A stretch of DNA of 64,000 nt, taken from an uncultured Caldilineaceae bacterium (GTDB lineage Bacteria > Chloroflexota > Anaerolineae > 4572-78 > J111). Below, piece by piece: positions 7,856 to 17,735 of the stretch (within the stretch, counting starts at the first letter, position 1; every line of letters starts with the position of its first letter). The notes under the pieces were generated by a model. The model searched no databases. It was not told the DNA's origin and saw only the letters and a program-made list of their open reading frames with translations. A program made the position numbers and the translations under genes. Location of the stretch: assembly GCA_964612485.1 (NCBI GenBank), contig CAZTFF010000018.1, forward strand, positions 12,598-76,597. The letters run 5' to 3'.

Positions 7856-8656
7856 TTATGTTTGGCAGTGGGCGCAAAAATGGGTAGATCGCCCGCCCAA
7901 AACAATGCGTTGAATCGGCATGTTGCACGTTGGACACGGCTGACCGGTGCGGCCGTAAACCTGAAAATAATTTTGGAATTCGCCGCCCCGGTATACGTCG
8001 TCCAGCGAAGCGCCTTTGTGTATAATGCCCTGGCTGAGCGCCTGCCGGATGGCGTTGTAAAGCTTTTCCAGTTCGCTTTCTGAAAGCGTGTTGACCTGCC
8101 GACGGGGATCGATCCCGGCCAAAAAACAACTCTCGTCGCCGTAGATGTTGCCGATGCCGGCGATAAAGTGCTGGTTGAGCAGCAGCGGTTTTAGCCGCCC
8201 GCTTCGCCGGCCAAACAGCGCTTTGAAATCAGCCACCGAAAAATTATCCGCCAGCGGCTCCGGCCCAAGTTGGCCGATGACCCACGTCGGGTCGTCTACC
8301 AGATAAACCCGGCCAAATTTGCGCGGGTCTTTAAAGCGGAGTTGGCGGCCGTTATCCAGATCAAAAATGGTGCGGATGTGCCGGTCCAACGGATCGGTGG
8401 CCGGTTCAACCAGCAAATCGCCGGTCATTTTTAAATGGATAAAAAGCGTGTCGCCGCGAGATAACTCGAATCTCAAATATTTGCCGCGCCGTTTAATGGC
8501 TTCGATACGCTGGCCGGGCAGCCGCGCTTCTATGGTAAAAGTGGGAGAGGTGCGGATGGCTTTAGGCCACAAGATAGTAATTCCGGTAAACGCGCGCCCC
8601 ACCAGCGGCCCGCGCAGCCCCCTGACCACGGTTTCTACTTCGGGAAGTTCAGGCAT
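7856..8656 (-). CDS. mutM: Formamidopyrimidine-DNA glycosylase
   Basis: N-terminal MPELPEVETVVRGL, the H2TH region, and the C-terminal zinc finger CPTCNMPIQRIVLGGRSTHFCAHCQ. Confidence 0.95.
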   Translation of the reverse strand: MPELPEVETVVRGLRGPLVGRAFTGITILWPKAIRTSPTFTIEARLPGQRIEAIKRRGKYLRFELSRGDTLFIHLKMTGDLLVEPATDPLDRHIRTIFDLDNGRQLRFKDPRKFGRVYLVDDPTWVIGQLGPEPLADNFSVADFKALFGRRSGRLKPLLLNQHFIAGIGNIYGDESCFLAGIDPRRQVNTLSESELEKLYNAIRQALSQGIIHKGASLDDVYRGGEFQNYFQVYGRTGQPCPTCNMPIQRIVLGGRSTHFCAHCQT

Positions 8657-8853
8657 GCTGTTTCCTCACAAGGCTGAATTGACAACCCCAACATTATAAA
8701 CGGCCCGGCCCGGATTATCAAACTGCGCTTTTTGCCGGGTAAAACAATTTACAATACAATGTGTTGAGTTGTGAGGGGATGATGGCCGGGGTTTTTTGCC
8801 AAACCGGTAATCATCTTCTAAATCGAAACTTCTTAAAGAGACCAGGAGGCACA

Positions 8854-9870
8854 GTGAAGAAAGCACTGATTACAGGCATTACGGGTCAAGATGGTTCGTA
8901 TCTGGCCGAATTTTTGCTTGAAAAAGGGTATGAGGTGGCCGGCATTGCCCGGCGGTTGAGCGTGCCCAATACGCGCAATATTGAACATATTCTGAGCGAT
9001 ATTTCGCTCTACGATGGCGATTTGAGCGATCAGGGATCGCTGGACCGGGTGGTGCGGAATTTTCAGCCGGATGAAGTTTACAATCTCGCGGCGCAATCGT
9101 TTGTGAAGGTAAGCTGGCAAGAACCCATTCTCACCGGCGACATTACCGGTTTGGGCGCGGTGCGGATCTTGGAAAGCGTGCGCAACAACAAACCCGATGC
9201 CCGCGTGTACCAGGCTTCGTCCAGCGAGATGTTCGGCAACAACCCGGTTGAATTTTTGGATGAAGACAGCCAGTTTTTACCCACCAGTCCCTACGCCATT
9301 GCCAAGCTTTACGCCCACCGGATGACGATCAACTACCGGGAAAGTTATGATATGTACGCCTGCGGCGGCATTCTGTTTAACCACGAATCGCCGCGCCGGG
9401 GCATGGAGTTTGTCACCCGAAAAATAACCTACGCCGTGGCCTGCATTGCGGAAGGCGTGATCCTCTCTAAAATGGGCAGCGAAACCAAAGACCCGCTGGT
9501 CAAAGACGGAAAATTCAAACTGGGCAATCTGGATGCCTCCCGCGATTGGGGCTACGCCAAAGATTACGTGGAAATGATGTGGCTGATGTTGCAGCAGGAC
9601 GAACCGGACGAGTACGTCATCGCCACGGGCCGCTCGGCCACGATTCGAGATTTTCTTGACATCGCTTTTAAGGTGATTGGGATTGACGACTGGCAGCCCT
9701 ATGTGGGCGTGGATGAGCGCTTCAAGCGGCCTTCGGAACTGCGCTATCTACGCGGCAACAGCAGCAAAGCGCAGAAAAATCTCGGCTGGAGTCCCCAAAC
9801 GTCGCTTGAAGGGCTGGTTGAGTTGATGATCGAATCCGACCGGGAACTGGTCAGAAAGTACGAACTGTAA
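8854..9870 (+). CDS. gmd: GDP-mannose 4,6-dehydratase
   Basis: Track ORF 8761..9870, with GTG 8854 preceded by AGGAGG at 8844-8849. Motifs: KKALITGITGQDGSYLAEFLLEKGYEV, YQASSSEMFG, SPYAIAKLYAHRMTINYRESY, LFNHESPRRG. Confidence 0.92.
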   Translation: MKKALITGITGQDGSYLAEFLLEKGYEVAGIARRLSVPNTRNIEHILSDISLYDGDLSDQGSLDRVVRNFQPDEVYNLAAQSFVKVSWQEPILTGDITGLGAVRILESVRNNKPDARVYQASSSEMFGNNPVEFLDEDSQFLPTSPYAIAKLYAHRMTINYRESYDMYACGGILFNHESPRRGMEFVTRKITYAVACIAEGVILSKMGSETKDPLVKDGKFKLGNLDASRDWGYAKDYVEMMWLMLQQDEPDEYVIATGRSATIRDFLDIAFKVIGIDDWQPYVGVDERFKRPSELRYLRGNSSKAQKNLGWSPQTSLEGLVELMIESDRELVRKYEL

Positions 9871-10008
9871 TTTGCGATGTCGCTAATGGACATATTTATG
9901 ATTTGAAAAATTTTTCTATGCACGACCACCAACGACTGATCACCAGGTCATCACGGTCGTCTGCCGTCTGTGCCCGGTGGTCCGGTTGCCAACAAGAAGG
10001 GACGTTTG

Positions 10009-10641
10009 ATGTCTGATAAATTTACAAAAGAAAACCTGGAAGCGTATTTGGAAGAACTTTATACGGATGATGATCCGATCCGCCAAGAGATGGAAGCCTT
10101 GGCCCAGGAGATAAAATTCCCTATTGTGGGGTTGTTGTCCGGGCGCGCGCTTTATCAAATGGCCCGTATGATCGGGGCCAGGCGTGTCTTTGAATTGGGG
10201 TCGGGCTATGGCTACTCGGCCCTTTTCTTTGCGCGGGCGGTGGGCGACACCGGCGAGGTTCATTGCACAGATCTGTCCGAAAAAAACATTGAGCTGGCCG
10301 AAGATTTTCTCAGCCGCGCCAACGTCTGGCCGCGGATTACCTATCACCAGGAAGACGCCATCGCCGCCTTGCGCCGGGTGGGGGGCACCTGGGACCTGAT
10401 CTACAACGACATCCAAAAAAGCGCCTACCCCGAAACCATCGAGCTGGCCTACAACCACCTCTGTCCCGGCGGGCTTTTTATCTCTGACAACCTCTTCCGG
10501 TGGGGGCGAGTGCTGGAGCAGGAACAGGAGGAAGGAACCCAGGGGTTGATAAAATTCACCCACATGCTGTTCGATCATCCCGGTTTTATGACCACCATTT
10601 ACCCGGTTCGGGACGGCCTGTCGGTGGCGCTCCGATTATAA
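10009..10641 (+). CDS. Class I SAM-dependent O-methyltransferase (caffeoyl-CoA OMT-like family)
   Basis: VFELGSGYGYSALFFARAV (SAM motif I), DLIYNDIQKSAYP, GGLFISDNLFRWG. I prefer ATG 10009 within ORF 9970..10641. Confidence 0.75.
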   Translation: MSDKFTKENLEAYLEELYTDDDPIRQEMEALAQEIKFPIVGLLSGRALYQMARMIGARRVFELGSGYGYSALFFARAVGDTGEVHCTDLSEKNIELAEDFLSRANVWPRITYHQEDAIAALRRVGGTWDLIYNDIQKSAYPETIELAYNHLCPGGLFISDNLFRWGRVLEQEQEEGTQGLIKFTHMLFDHPGFMTTIYPVRDGLSVALRL

Positions 10642-10662
10642 CATTCTGATTCTCAAAGAGAA

Positions 10663-11649
10663 ATGAACCTGACCGGCAAACGTATTTTTATAACGGGCGG
10701 AACCGGTTTGATCGGGGGTCGCCTGGCAGAACGATTGGCTGCTGAAGAAGGGGCCTCGGTGATTGCGCTGGCTCGAACCCCTGAAAAGGGCCGCTGGCTG
10801 CTTGAGCAAGGCGTTGATGTTGTCCGGGGCGATATTACCGGCCCCGCATCGCTCGATGCAGTTCATTCGTGCGAAATTGTTTTTCATACCGCCGGCTGGG
10901 TAAGCGAAAAGGGAACGCGGCGGCAGATTTATGCGGCCAATGTAGACGGAACCAACAATGTGGTTCAGGCCGCGCTGGCGGCTAAGATCAAACGATTTAT
11001 CCACATCAGTTCTTGCGCGGTTTACGGCTCTTTGCAGCAGTTTGATATTGATGAAACCACGCCAGCCCGGTTAACCGGCAACCGCTATGCCGACTCCAAA
11101 GTGTTGGCCGAGCGGATTGTTATGTCTCAAAAAGATCTGTCTTTTGTTGTGGCCCGGCCCTCGCAGGTGTACGGGCCGCGATCCTACCAATTTTCCATCC
11201 GGCCCATTGAATTGATCAAGGCCGGGAAAATGGTGCTGGTGGATGGCGGGCGTTATCTGGCCAAGCCGCTTTACATTGACAATCTGGTTGATGGCTTGAT
11301 AAAATGTGTGAAGGCAGATGCGGCGGTTGGCCAGGTCATCAACTTTACCGATGGCCACCCCGTTCCCTGGCGTGAATTTTTTGGCGCCTATGGCCGGATG
11401 GTGGGAGTCAACTCGTTTCCATCGGTGCCGTTTCCCGTGGCCTGGCTGGTGGCCTTGTTGAATGAAAGTGGCGCGAAACTTCGAGGCAAACAAACAAGTT
11501 TTACCCGGGGCATGGTGCGGGGCCTGCGAAGCTGCAACAGCTTTAGCATTAAAAAAGCGCATGAGCTGTTGGCATGGACGCCGGCGATTGATTTTGTTGA
11601 AGGTATGCAGCGCACCGAAGCCTGGCTTCGGGCGGCAGGATATATTTGA
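10663..11649 (+). CDS. NAD-dependent epimerase/dehydratase family protein (SDR)
   Basis: IFITGGTGLIGGRL Rossmann motif, HISSCAVYG, and YADSK (YxxxK catalytic motif). Confidence 0.85.
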   Translation: MNLTGKRIFITGGTGLIGGRLAERLAAEEGASVIALARTPEKGRWLLEQGVDVVRGDITGPASLDAVHSCEIVFHTAGWVSEKGTRRQIYAANVDGTNNVVQAALAAKIKRFIHISSCAVYGSLQQFDIDETTPARLTGNRYADSKVLAERIVMSQKDLSFVVARPSQVYGPRSYQFSIRPIELIKAGKMVLVDGGRYLAKPLYIDNLVDGLIKCVKADAAVGQVINFTDGHPVPWREFFGAYGRMVGVNSFPSVPFPVAWLVALLNESGAKLRGKQTSFTRGMVRGLRSCNSFSIKKAHELLAWTPAIDFVEGMQRTEAWLRAAGYI

Positions 11650-11667
11650 GTGAGCGAGGAGTAAAAA

Positions 11668-12447
11668 ATGGACTCAATTATCACCGCGGGCGGCGTTTGC
11701 AGCCCGGACGACCCTCTTTTTGAATTAACTGGCGTAGAAAAAAAGGCTTTGATTCCCCTGGCCGGCCGGCCTATGATTTCCTGGGTGGTTGACGCCGTCT
11801 GGAGCTCGGGCCTGGTAGATAACATTGCTATTGTGGGCCTGGAGTCGGGTGGCGTTGATTTTGGCGATGCGCCGGTCTATTTTACCGATGCCGTGGGTGA
11901 TCTGGTGAGCAATGTATTGGCCGGGCTGGACCGGCTCCGCGAGGTGAACCCGGCGGTCAAGAAAATCTTGCTGGCTTCATCAGATGTGCCCCTGATCACA
12001 CCGGACATTGTGCGGGGCTTTGTAGACGAATGCGGCTCTCAGGAATTTGATGCCTATTACGCCATTATCGAAGAGAAAACCATGGAGGCCCGTTTCCCCG
12101 GTTCTAACCGGATGTTTGTGCCCTTCAAAGGAGGGCGCTATGCCGGCGGCGATGTGCTGCTGCTGGATGTGGCCGCCGTAAACGCCAACCAGGAACTGGT
12201 CCGCAGTTTAACCGGATCGCGTAAAAATTATTGGCACCAGGCGCAGATGATTGGCTGGGCTTTTATCCTGCGTTTTATTTTCCGCACCATGACCGTCTAT
12301 GAGGCGGTGCAGCGCGCCGGACAGCGCGCCAACCTCAACGCCCAGGTGGTCGATACCCGTTTTGCCGAATTGGGCATGGATTTGGATAAGCCTCGCCATT
12401 ACCGGCTCATTAAGTCTATTTTAGAAGGGCAAGAAGTTTTATCGTGA
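11668..12447 (+). CDS. Nucleotidyltransferase family protein (MobA-like NTP-transferase fold)
   Basis: The N-terminal IITAGGVCS...KALIPLAGRPMISWVVDAV resembles the GxG..K..L...G.P nucleotide-binding loop of sugar-phosphate and MobA-type nucleotidyltransferases. Confidence 0.6.
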   Translation: MDSIITAGGVCSPDDPLFELTGVEKKALIPLAGRPMISWVVDAVWSSGLVDNIAIVGLESGGVDFGDAPVYFTDAVGDLVSNVLAGLDRLREVNPAVKKILLASSDVPLITPDIVRGFVDECGSQEFDAYYAIIEEKTMEARFPGSNRMFVPFKGGRYAGGDVLLLDVAAVNANQELVRSLTGSRKNYWHQAQMIGWAFILRFIFRTMTVYEAVQRAGQRANLNAQVVDTRFAELGMDLDKPRHYRLIKSILEGQEVLS

Positions 12448-12524
12448 TGATAATTGTCTGCCCGGTGGCTATTTGAGGGGCCATCATAATCATCGATCGG
12501 CAGGCTGTAAACCCTTGCCAGTCG

Positions 12525-12533
12525 TGCTATAAT
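12525..12533 (+). promoter_or_regulatory. Extended -10 promoter element TGCTATAAT
   Basis: TGcTATAAT at 12525-12533, followed by the SD AAGGAG (12541-12546) and ATG 12554. Confidence 0.4.
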
Positions 12534-12553
12534 AGAAGGGAAGGAGTTGAATA

Positions 12554-13003
12554 ATGGTAAGCATACAACAAACAGCCGTCATCGAAGCGCCTATGGCCGC
12601 GGTGATGCAGGCGCTCAACCGGGTAGAAACCATCCCTGAGTGGGCCACGGTCAAAGGTGTGGTAAACAACGTGCAAGGCAGCGGCGTCGGGATGAACTAC
12701 ACCTGGCATTACACCGTTCAGGGCGTTTCTTTCAATGGCCGCAGTGAAGTCATCGAGCGAAGCGAAGATACGTTGATTACCAAAACAACCGGCGATGTGG
12801 ACAGCCTCTGGACCATTACTTTAACCCCCATTAGTGAGAAAACAACGGCCTTGCAGGTGGTGGTAGAGTATAATCCGCCCAACAAATTTGTTGAGATTTT
12901 GGCCGACCGGATCATCGAGCAATATGCAACGCCTGAGGTTGCCGCCAAAAATCTGACCAACTTTAAACAATATATTGAGGCCAAAGTGAAACAGGGGGTG
13001 TGA
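12554..13003 (+). CDS. SRPBCC-superfamily protein (polyketide cyclase/dehydrase-like)
   Basis: 149 aa. Its size and the pattern (IEAPMAAVMQAL....IPEWA... then beta-rich core ... C-terminal helix) resemble the SRPBCC fold. The family call is tentative. Confidence 0.55.
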   Translation: MVSIQQTAVIEAPMAAVMQALNRVETIPEWATVKGVVNNVQGSGVGMNYTWHYTVQGVSFNGRSEVIERSEDTLITKTTGDVDSLWTITLTPISEKTTALQVVVEYNPPNKFVEILADRIIEQYATPEVAAKNLTNFKQYIEAKVKQGV

Positions 13004-13016
13004 ATTTACACAGTCT

Positions 13017-13667
13017 ATGAGTAAGTTGCCGGCTCTCTCCCTGTCTACCGACGATATTCGACAGGCTTTGAAGAATCCATTACCCGGAAGGGCCGGTCAG
13101 GTAAAAATGGCGCCTGAAATGGCCGATGGCCGGCCGGACCGATGGCAGGTAGAAACGCTTTGCCAGCAAGCAGCGGTTTTGCTTTTGTTTTATCCTCATA
13201 CCACTTATTCTGACTCAGAACTACACCTGGTGCTAACCCGTCGAACGGAATACCCCGGCGTTCACAGCGGCCAAATTTCGCTGCCCGGTGGCCGCCAGGA
13301 AGATGGCGAAACACTTCAAGCAACGGCTTTACGCGAGGCACACGAGGAAGTGGGCGTTTCGCCACAAGAATTGCAGGTTATCGGGAAATTATCGATGCTT
13401 TATACGCCGCCCAGTAATTTTTGCATTCAACCGTTTATCGCGTTTAGCCCGGCCCGGCCCGAATTTGAACTTGAGGCCAAGGAAGTTGCCGAATTGATTG
13501 AAACGCCGTTGAGCCTGTTGTTAAACCCAAAAACACGCCGGCAGGAAATATGGCATTTTCCAAACTATGGAGATCGTCGCGTCCCCTTCTACGATATTTT
13601 TGGACATAAAGTATGGGGCGCAACAGCCATGATTTTAAGCGAATTTCTGACACTTCTGGATATGTAA
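13017..13667 (+). CDS. NUDIX hydrolase, CoA pyrophosphatase-like
   Basis: Nudix box LPGGRQEDGETLQATALREAHEEVGV. An upstream LLTRR-type motif (LVLTRRTEYPGVHSGQISLPGG) is typical of the NudL/CoA pyrophosphatase subgroup. Confidence 0.8.
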   Translation: MSKLPALSLSTDDIRQALKNPLPGRAGQVKMAPEMADGRPDRWQVETLCQQAAVLLLFYPHTTYSDSELHLVLTRRTEYPGVHSGQISLPGGRQEDGETLQATALREAHEEVGVSPQELQVIGKLSMLYTPPSNFCIQPFIAFSPARPEFELEAKEVAELIETPLSLLLNPKTRRQEIWHFPNYGDRRVPFYDIFGHKVWGATAMILSEFLTLLDM

Positions 13668-13720
13668 GATCGTAATAACGGGGAGAGGTACAGTTTCCGC
13701 TGCTTCAGGTAAAAGAATTT

Positions 13721-14719
13721 ATGACCGAACTCCGACAAAATATGGCAACCAAAGAGTGGGTGGTTATTGCTAACGAGCGCGTCAAGCGACCCGACGATTA
13801 TGTGACGGCGCAAACCCCCGTGATCGAGCCGTCTTTGCCGGCTTACGATCCTCACTGCCCCTTTTGCCCTGGCCACGAGGAACTTGATCTGGAAGTGGCC
13901 CGCTATCCGGCAGTTGATTCCTGGCAAACCAGGGTGGTCAACAATCGATATCCCGCATTGTCTCGCACCGGTGAATTGGCCCGGACCTTCAACGGCGTTC
14001 ATCGTTTGATTACGGGCATCGGCTATCACGAAGTAGTTGTGGATCATCCGCAACACAACAAAACACTGGCGCTGATGGAGCCGGAAGAAATACAACTTTA
14101 TCTCCAGACCCTGTATGAACGCGGCTGGAGCATTCGCGGTGATTCCCGTATTGAACAAATTATCTATTTCAAAAATCATGGCGAACGCGCCGGCGCCTCC
14201 TTAAAACACCCGCACAGCCAGATCATTGGATTGCCGGTGGTTCCCACCGATATCCGGCACCGCATCGAAGAGGCGCGCCGCTATTTTGATGATAACGGCA
14301 AATGCGTTTTTTGCACTATGATGCAGGATGAACTGGATAAAAAGGAACGCTTGGTTACAGCCAGCCAGCAATTTGTGGCCTTTGTGTTGTATGCCTCCCC
14401 TTCGCCGTTTCATATTTGGATTCTGCCCCGGCAGCACAGCGTGAGCTTTTTGTATTCTCAAACGGAGCAAATGGCCGATTTGGCCCAAATTTTACACAAT
14501 GTCATGCGGCGTTTGTTTATTGGGTTGGAGGACCCGGCTTATAATTTGATTATTCGCTCGGCGCCGGTGAAAGAGATCAGTAATGATTATTTGCACTGGT
14601 ATGTCATTGTCATCCCCCGCGTGAGCCGCACCGCCGGGTTTGAGTTGGGAAGCGGAATGTACATCAATCCCTCGCTTCCCGAAGACTGCGCCGATTTTTT
14701 ACGAAACGTTAAGGTATGA
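13721..14719 (+). CDS. Galactose-1-phosphate uridylyltransferase-like (GalT/HIT-superfamily) nucleotidyltransferase
   Basis: CPFCPGHE zinc motif, KHPHSQIIG (HxHxQ active site), and a second half-domain with VFCTM. Confidence 0.8.
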   Translation: MTELRQNMATKEWVVIANERVKRPDDYVTAQTPVIEPSLPAYDPHCPFCPGHEELDLEVARYPAVDSWQTRVVNNRYPALSRTGELARTFNGVHRLITGIGYHEVVVDHPQHNKTLALMEPEEIQLYLQTLYERGWSIRGDSRIEQIIYFKNHGERAGASLKHPHSQIIGLPVVPTDIRHRIEEARRYFDDNGKCVFCTMMQDELDKKERLVTASQQFVAFVLYASPSPFHIWILPRQHSVSFLYSQTEQMADLAQILHNVMRRLFIGLEDPAYNLIIRSAPVKEISNDYLHWYVIVIPRVSRTAGFELGSGMYINPSLPEDCADFLRNVKV

Positions 14720-14747
14720 TTTTTGGTGATTAGCGAGTAAGGTTTTT

Positions 14748-15902
14748 ATGGAAGAGTTTATAAATAATTCCACATTGAATCAATTGTTGATACTGACCCT
14801 GTTCCCGATTGGGGCCGCAATTCTGTTAGTAGCGTTCCTGTTCTTTTATTATCGACGGGACCGAAACAAAACAAAGATGAAACTGGGAACTCAAGTTTCA
14901 GAAAAAGATGCTGCCGCTCAATCCCCGAAACACGCCGAACCGGAAGATGACGTGAGTCTGTTGCCTGACGAGTCTGAAACTGTGCCGGGGATGGATGACC
15001 AAATTACACCTGGGGAGAACGATCTCAATTTAGATATTTTGGGGAGAAAAATCGATACGGAGGGACCTGATATGCCATCATCATCTCAATCTGGCAAAGA
15101 GAAAATTGATATTGACGCCCGCTTAAGAGGGGCTGATTCCGCTCCGCCCGAATCTCGTACGGCGGCAGCTTCAGCTCAATCTGCGGAAACAACCACCGTG
15201 TCCGGCCCGGTGTCGAGTAACGAGCCATCGGAATTACTGCGGTTTCTCAAGCATCCTCAAACCGGACGGCTGGTGATAGAAGTAGCCGGCCAGCAATACC
15301 ACAAACTTACAGATATTGATGATCGGGAAGTAGGACAGTATATTTTAGAATTGGCCGCTCATTTATTGGCTTTTACCAACGGGGTGGTGGCTACCGATGT
15401 GGGCGTTAAATCTGTGTATCTTCCCAAGGTTGGCCCTACGCCCGCCCCGCTGGTGAAATTTACGCCCATTACCCAATTGCCGGACCCGGATGATGTTGCG
15501 CCGCCTGAAACTGAAACAGAGGAAGCGCCCTCGGAGCCGCTGGTACCCCCGCCTCCACCCGAAGCGGAAGCCGCTTTTTTGGCCTCACTGCAGGCGCAGC
15601 CGCCGCGGCCCGAGCCTGCGCCCCCCCAACGGCGCGGCATTTTTGGCAGGCCCGCAAAACCGGCGGAAGAGCCGGTGCTGATGCCGCAATTCAACCTGGC
15701 CGATGAAATCAATAAAATCGTTCAGGCCCGGCTCGTATCATCGCCATTGACAAATGTGGCTAAAATTGAAATTTTGTCCGATCTCAGTGGCGGCATTCGC
15801 ATCAACGTGGATGGGCACATCTATTCCAGCCCGGATGATGTCCCTGATCCTGAAGCCAAAGAACTCATCAAGGCCGCGATCAAGCAGTGGGAGCGCAGTT
15901 AA
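14748..15902 (+). CDS. Hypothetical membrane-anchored Pro/Ala/Glu-rich protein
   Basis: N-terminal TM helix LILTLFPIGAAILLVAFLFFYY, long low-complexity acidic and Pro-rich stretches, and a conserved-looking C-terminal ~60 aa. No family recognised. Confidence 0.5.
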   Translation: MEEFINNSTLNQLLILTLFPIGAAILLVAFLFFYYRRDRNKTKMKLGTQVSEKDAAAQSPKHAEPEDDVSLLPDESETVPGMDDQITPGENDLNLDILGRKIDTEGPDMPSSSQSGKEKIDIDARLRGADSAPPESRTAAASAQSAETTTVSGPVSSNEPSELLRFLKHPQTGRLVIEVAGQQYHKLTDIDDREVGQYILELAAHLLAFTNGVVATDVGVKSVYLPKVGPTPAPLVKFTPITQLPDPDDVAPPETETEEAPSEPLVPPPPPEAEAAFLASLQAQPPRPEPAPPQRRGIFGRPAKPAEEPVLMPQFNLADEINKIVQARLVSSPLTNVAKIEILSDLSGGIRINVDGHIYSSPDDVPDPEAKELIKAAIKQWERS

Positions 15903-16771
15903 AGTTCCTCGTTTTCGCCCAAAATCGCGTTGAAAATCGCCTGTAATTCTTCTTGCGAGTAAAAATGGATGGTAACTTTCCCGGTCTCTTCATCGCTGCG
16001 GGAAAGTTCTACTTTGGTGCCCAATTTCGACTCAAATTTAGCCAGCATCGTTTTATCGTGCGGCATTAGCGGCGGGCGTTTGGGTTTGGGGGTTTCCGTA
16101 CCCGTTAGAAGTTGGCGGACCAGGGTTTCGGTTTGGCGGACGTTCAACCCGCGCCGGATGATTGTTTCCATCACATTCAGTTGATCCCGCTGTTTTTTCA
16201 GGCTCAATAATGCCCGCGCGTGTCCTTCGGATATATCGCCGCCGGCCAGCGCTTCTTTGATGGCCTCCGGCAGGTTTATCAGCCGGATGGTATTGGCCAC
16301 GGCGGTCCGGCTTTTGCCCACTCGTTCCGCCACGGCTTCCTGGGTAAGGCCAAATTCTTCCATCAGTTGGGCGTAGGCTTCGGCCTCTTCCAATGGATTC
16401 AAATCGGCCCGTTGAATGTTCTCAACAATGGCCAACTCCAGCATTTGTTGGGGGCTGGTTTCCTTCACTATTACCGGCACCGCGTTTAACCCCGCCAGTT
16501 GGCTGGCGCGCCAACGTCGCTCTCCGGCGATAATCTGGTACCCTTCGCCGGCCCGCGTAACAATCAGCGGTTGGATCAACCCGTGCTCTTCAATAGAGTT
16601 GGCCAGGTCTTCCAGCTTGGCCGGGTCCATCACCTGGCGGGGTTGGTGCGGATTGGGCGAGATCTGGTTGACAGGTATTTCGATGGCTCCGGCCTGAACT
16701 TCCGGGCTGGCCGGCTGCGAAGGCGGGATCAGAGCGCCTAATCCTTTTCCTAAACCTCGTTTTTGAGACAT
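15899..16771 (-). CDS. parB: Chromosome partitioning protein ParB/Spo0J
   Basis: GLGKGLGALIP, the ParB box PHQPRQ...LIQPLIV...IIAGERRWRA, and the HTH region. Confidence 0.93.
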   Translation of the reverse strand: MSQKRGLGKGLGALIPPSQPASPEVQAGAIEIPVNQISPNPHQPRQVMDPAKLEDLANSIEEHGLIQPLIVTRAGEGYQIIAGERRWRASQLAGLNAVPVIVKETSPQQMLELAIVENIQRADLNPLEEAEAYAQLMEEFGLTQEAVAERVGKSRTAVANTIRLINLPEAIKEALAGGDISEGHARALLSLKKQRDQLNVMETIIRRGLNVRQTETLVRQLLTGTETPKPKRPPLMPHDKTMLAKFESKLGTKVELSRSDEETGKVTIHFYSQEELQAIFNAILGENEEL

Positions 16772-16792
16772 AGGGTGAATCCTTTCAACAGG

Positions 16793-17587
16793 TTAATCGG
16801 CAAGCTGGCGCCGGACCCGGCTGAGCAACTCTTCGGTGAGGGCGTGATAGGCTTTGCATCCCACCGAGTTAGGCGCGTAGGTGAGAATATCCTCCCCATA
16901 GCTGGGCGCTTCGCTCAACCGGATGTTGCGCGGAATGATGGTTTTGAAGGTTTCGTTGGGGAAATGGCTGCGGACTTCATCAACAACATCGCCGGCCAGA
17001 TTGGTCCGGCCATCGTACATCGTCAACACCAATCCGGCTACGTGCAATTGGGCATTCAAACTTTCCCGAACCAGGTTGATGGTGTAAATGAGCTGGCTCA
17101 ACCCTTCGAGAGCCAGGTATTCGCATTGCACCGGAATAATCACGCCCTGATCCGAAGCGGTCAGCGCGTTCACCGTGAGCAGCCCCAGGCTGGGCGGCGT
17201 GTCGATAAAAATAAAATCGTAATCAGCCAAGACAGGTTGAACAGCTTTTCTGAGAACCGATTCGCGAGCTAACTGCTGAACCAATTCCACTTCTGCCGCG
17301 GCCAGTTCCGGGGCAGCCGGCACCACAAAAAGGCGCTCTCGTTTGGTGGGTTTGATGATGTTGGCCAGCGGTGTTTGGTTGATAAAAACATCGTAGAGAG
17401 AAGAATCGCCGTCTTGCAGCTCAACGCCAACGCTTGAGGTGGCATTGGATTGAGGATCGGCATCAACCACCAGCACTTTCCCTTTGCGCGCGGCAATAAA
17501 GGCCGCCAGGTTGACGGCCGTGGTGGTCTTGCCCACGCCCCCTTTTTGGTTGGCGATGGTGTAAACAAAGGCAGTATGTTTGCTCAT
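16793..17587 (-). CDS. parA: Chromosome partitioning ATPase ParA/Soj
   Basis: Deviant Walker A NQKGGVGKTTTAVNLA, DADPQSNAT, and DYDFIFIDTPPSLG. Confidence 0.93.
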   Translation of the reverse strand: MSKHTAFVYTIANQKGGVGKTTTAVNLAAFIAARKGKVLVVDADPQSNATSSVGVELQDGDSSLYDVFINQTPLANIIKPTKRERLFVVPAAPELAAAEVELVQQLARESVLRKAVQPVLADYDFIFIDTPPSLGLLTVNALTASDQGVIIPVQCEYLALEGLSQLIYTINLVRESLNAQLHVAGLVLTMYDGRTNLAGDVVDEVRSHFPNETFKTIIPRNIRLSEAPSYGEDILTYAPNSVGCKAYHALTEELLSRVRRQLAD

Positions 17588-17672
17588 TGTGTTCTAAATC
17601 AAAAAAATTTATAGATTTATTGAATGGGCCTCATTGTAACATAGGCCGGGTTCACAAACAAAATAAACCGGC

Positions 17673-17709
17673 GGAATAAACAAAACCCACCCGTATACGA
17701 GGGTGGGTT
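17673..17709 (-). terminator. Intrinsic terminator downstream of jag
   Basis: aacccaccc (17684-17692) pairs with gggtgggtt (17701-17709), giving a 9-bp stem with an 8-nt loop. On the minus strand it is followed by UUUUGUUUAUU. Confidence 0.7.
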
Positions 17710-17735
17710 CGGTGCATTGTTGGCAGCGGGTTGCC

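Noticed and set aside
8657-8853. A possible riboswitch or attenuator upstream of gmd (the ccggggttttttgccaaaccgg segment).
   Set aside because: The stem is only about 7 bp with a bulge. There is no matching conserved riboswitch core that I recognise, and the region is adequately explained by a TTGCCG-17-TACAAT promoter plus an SD.
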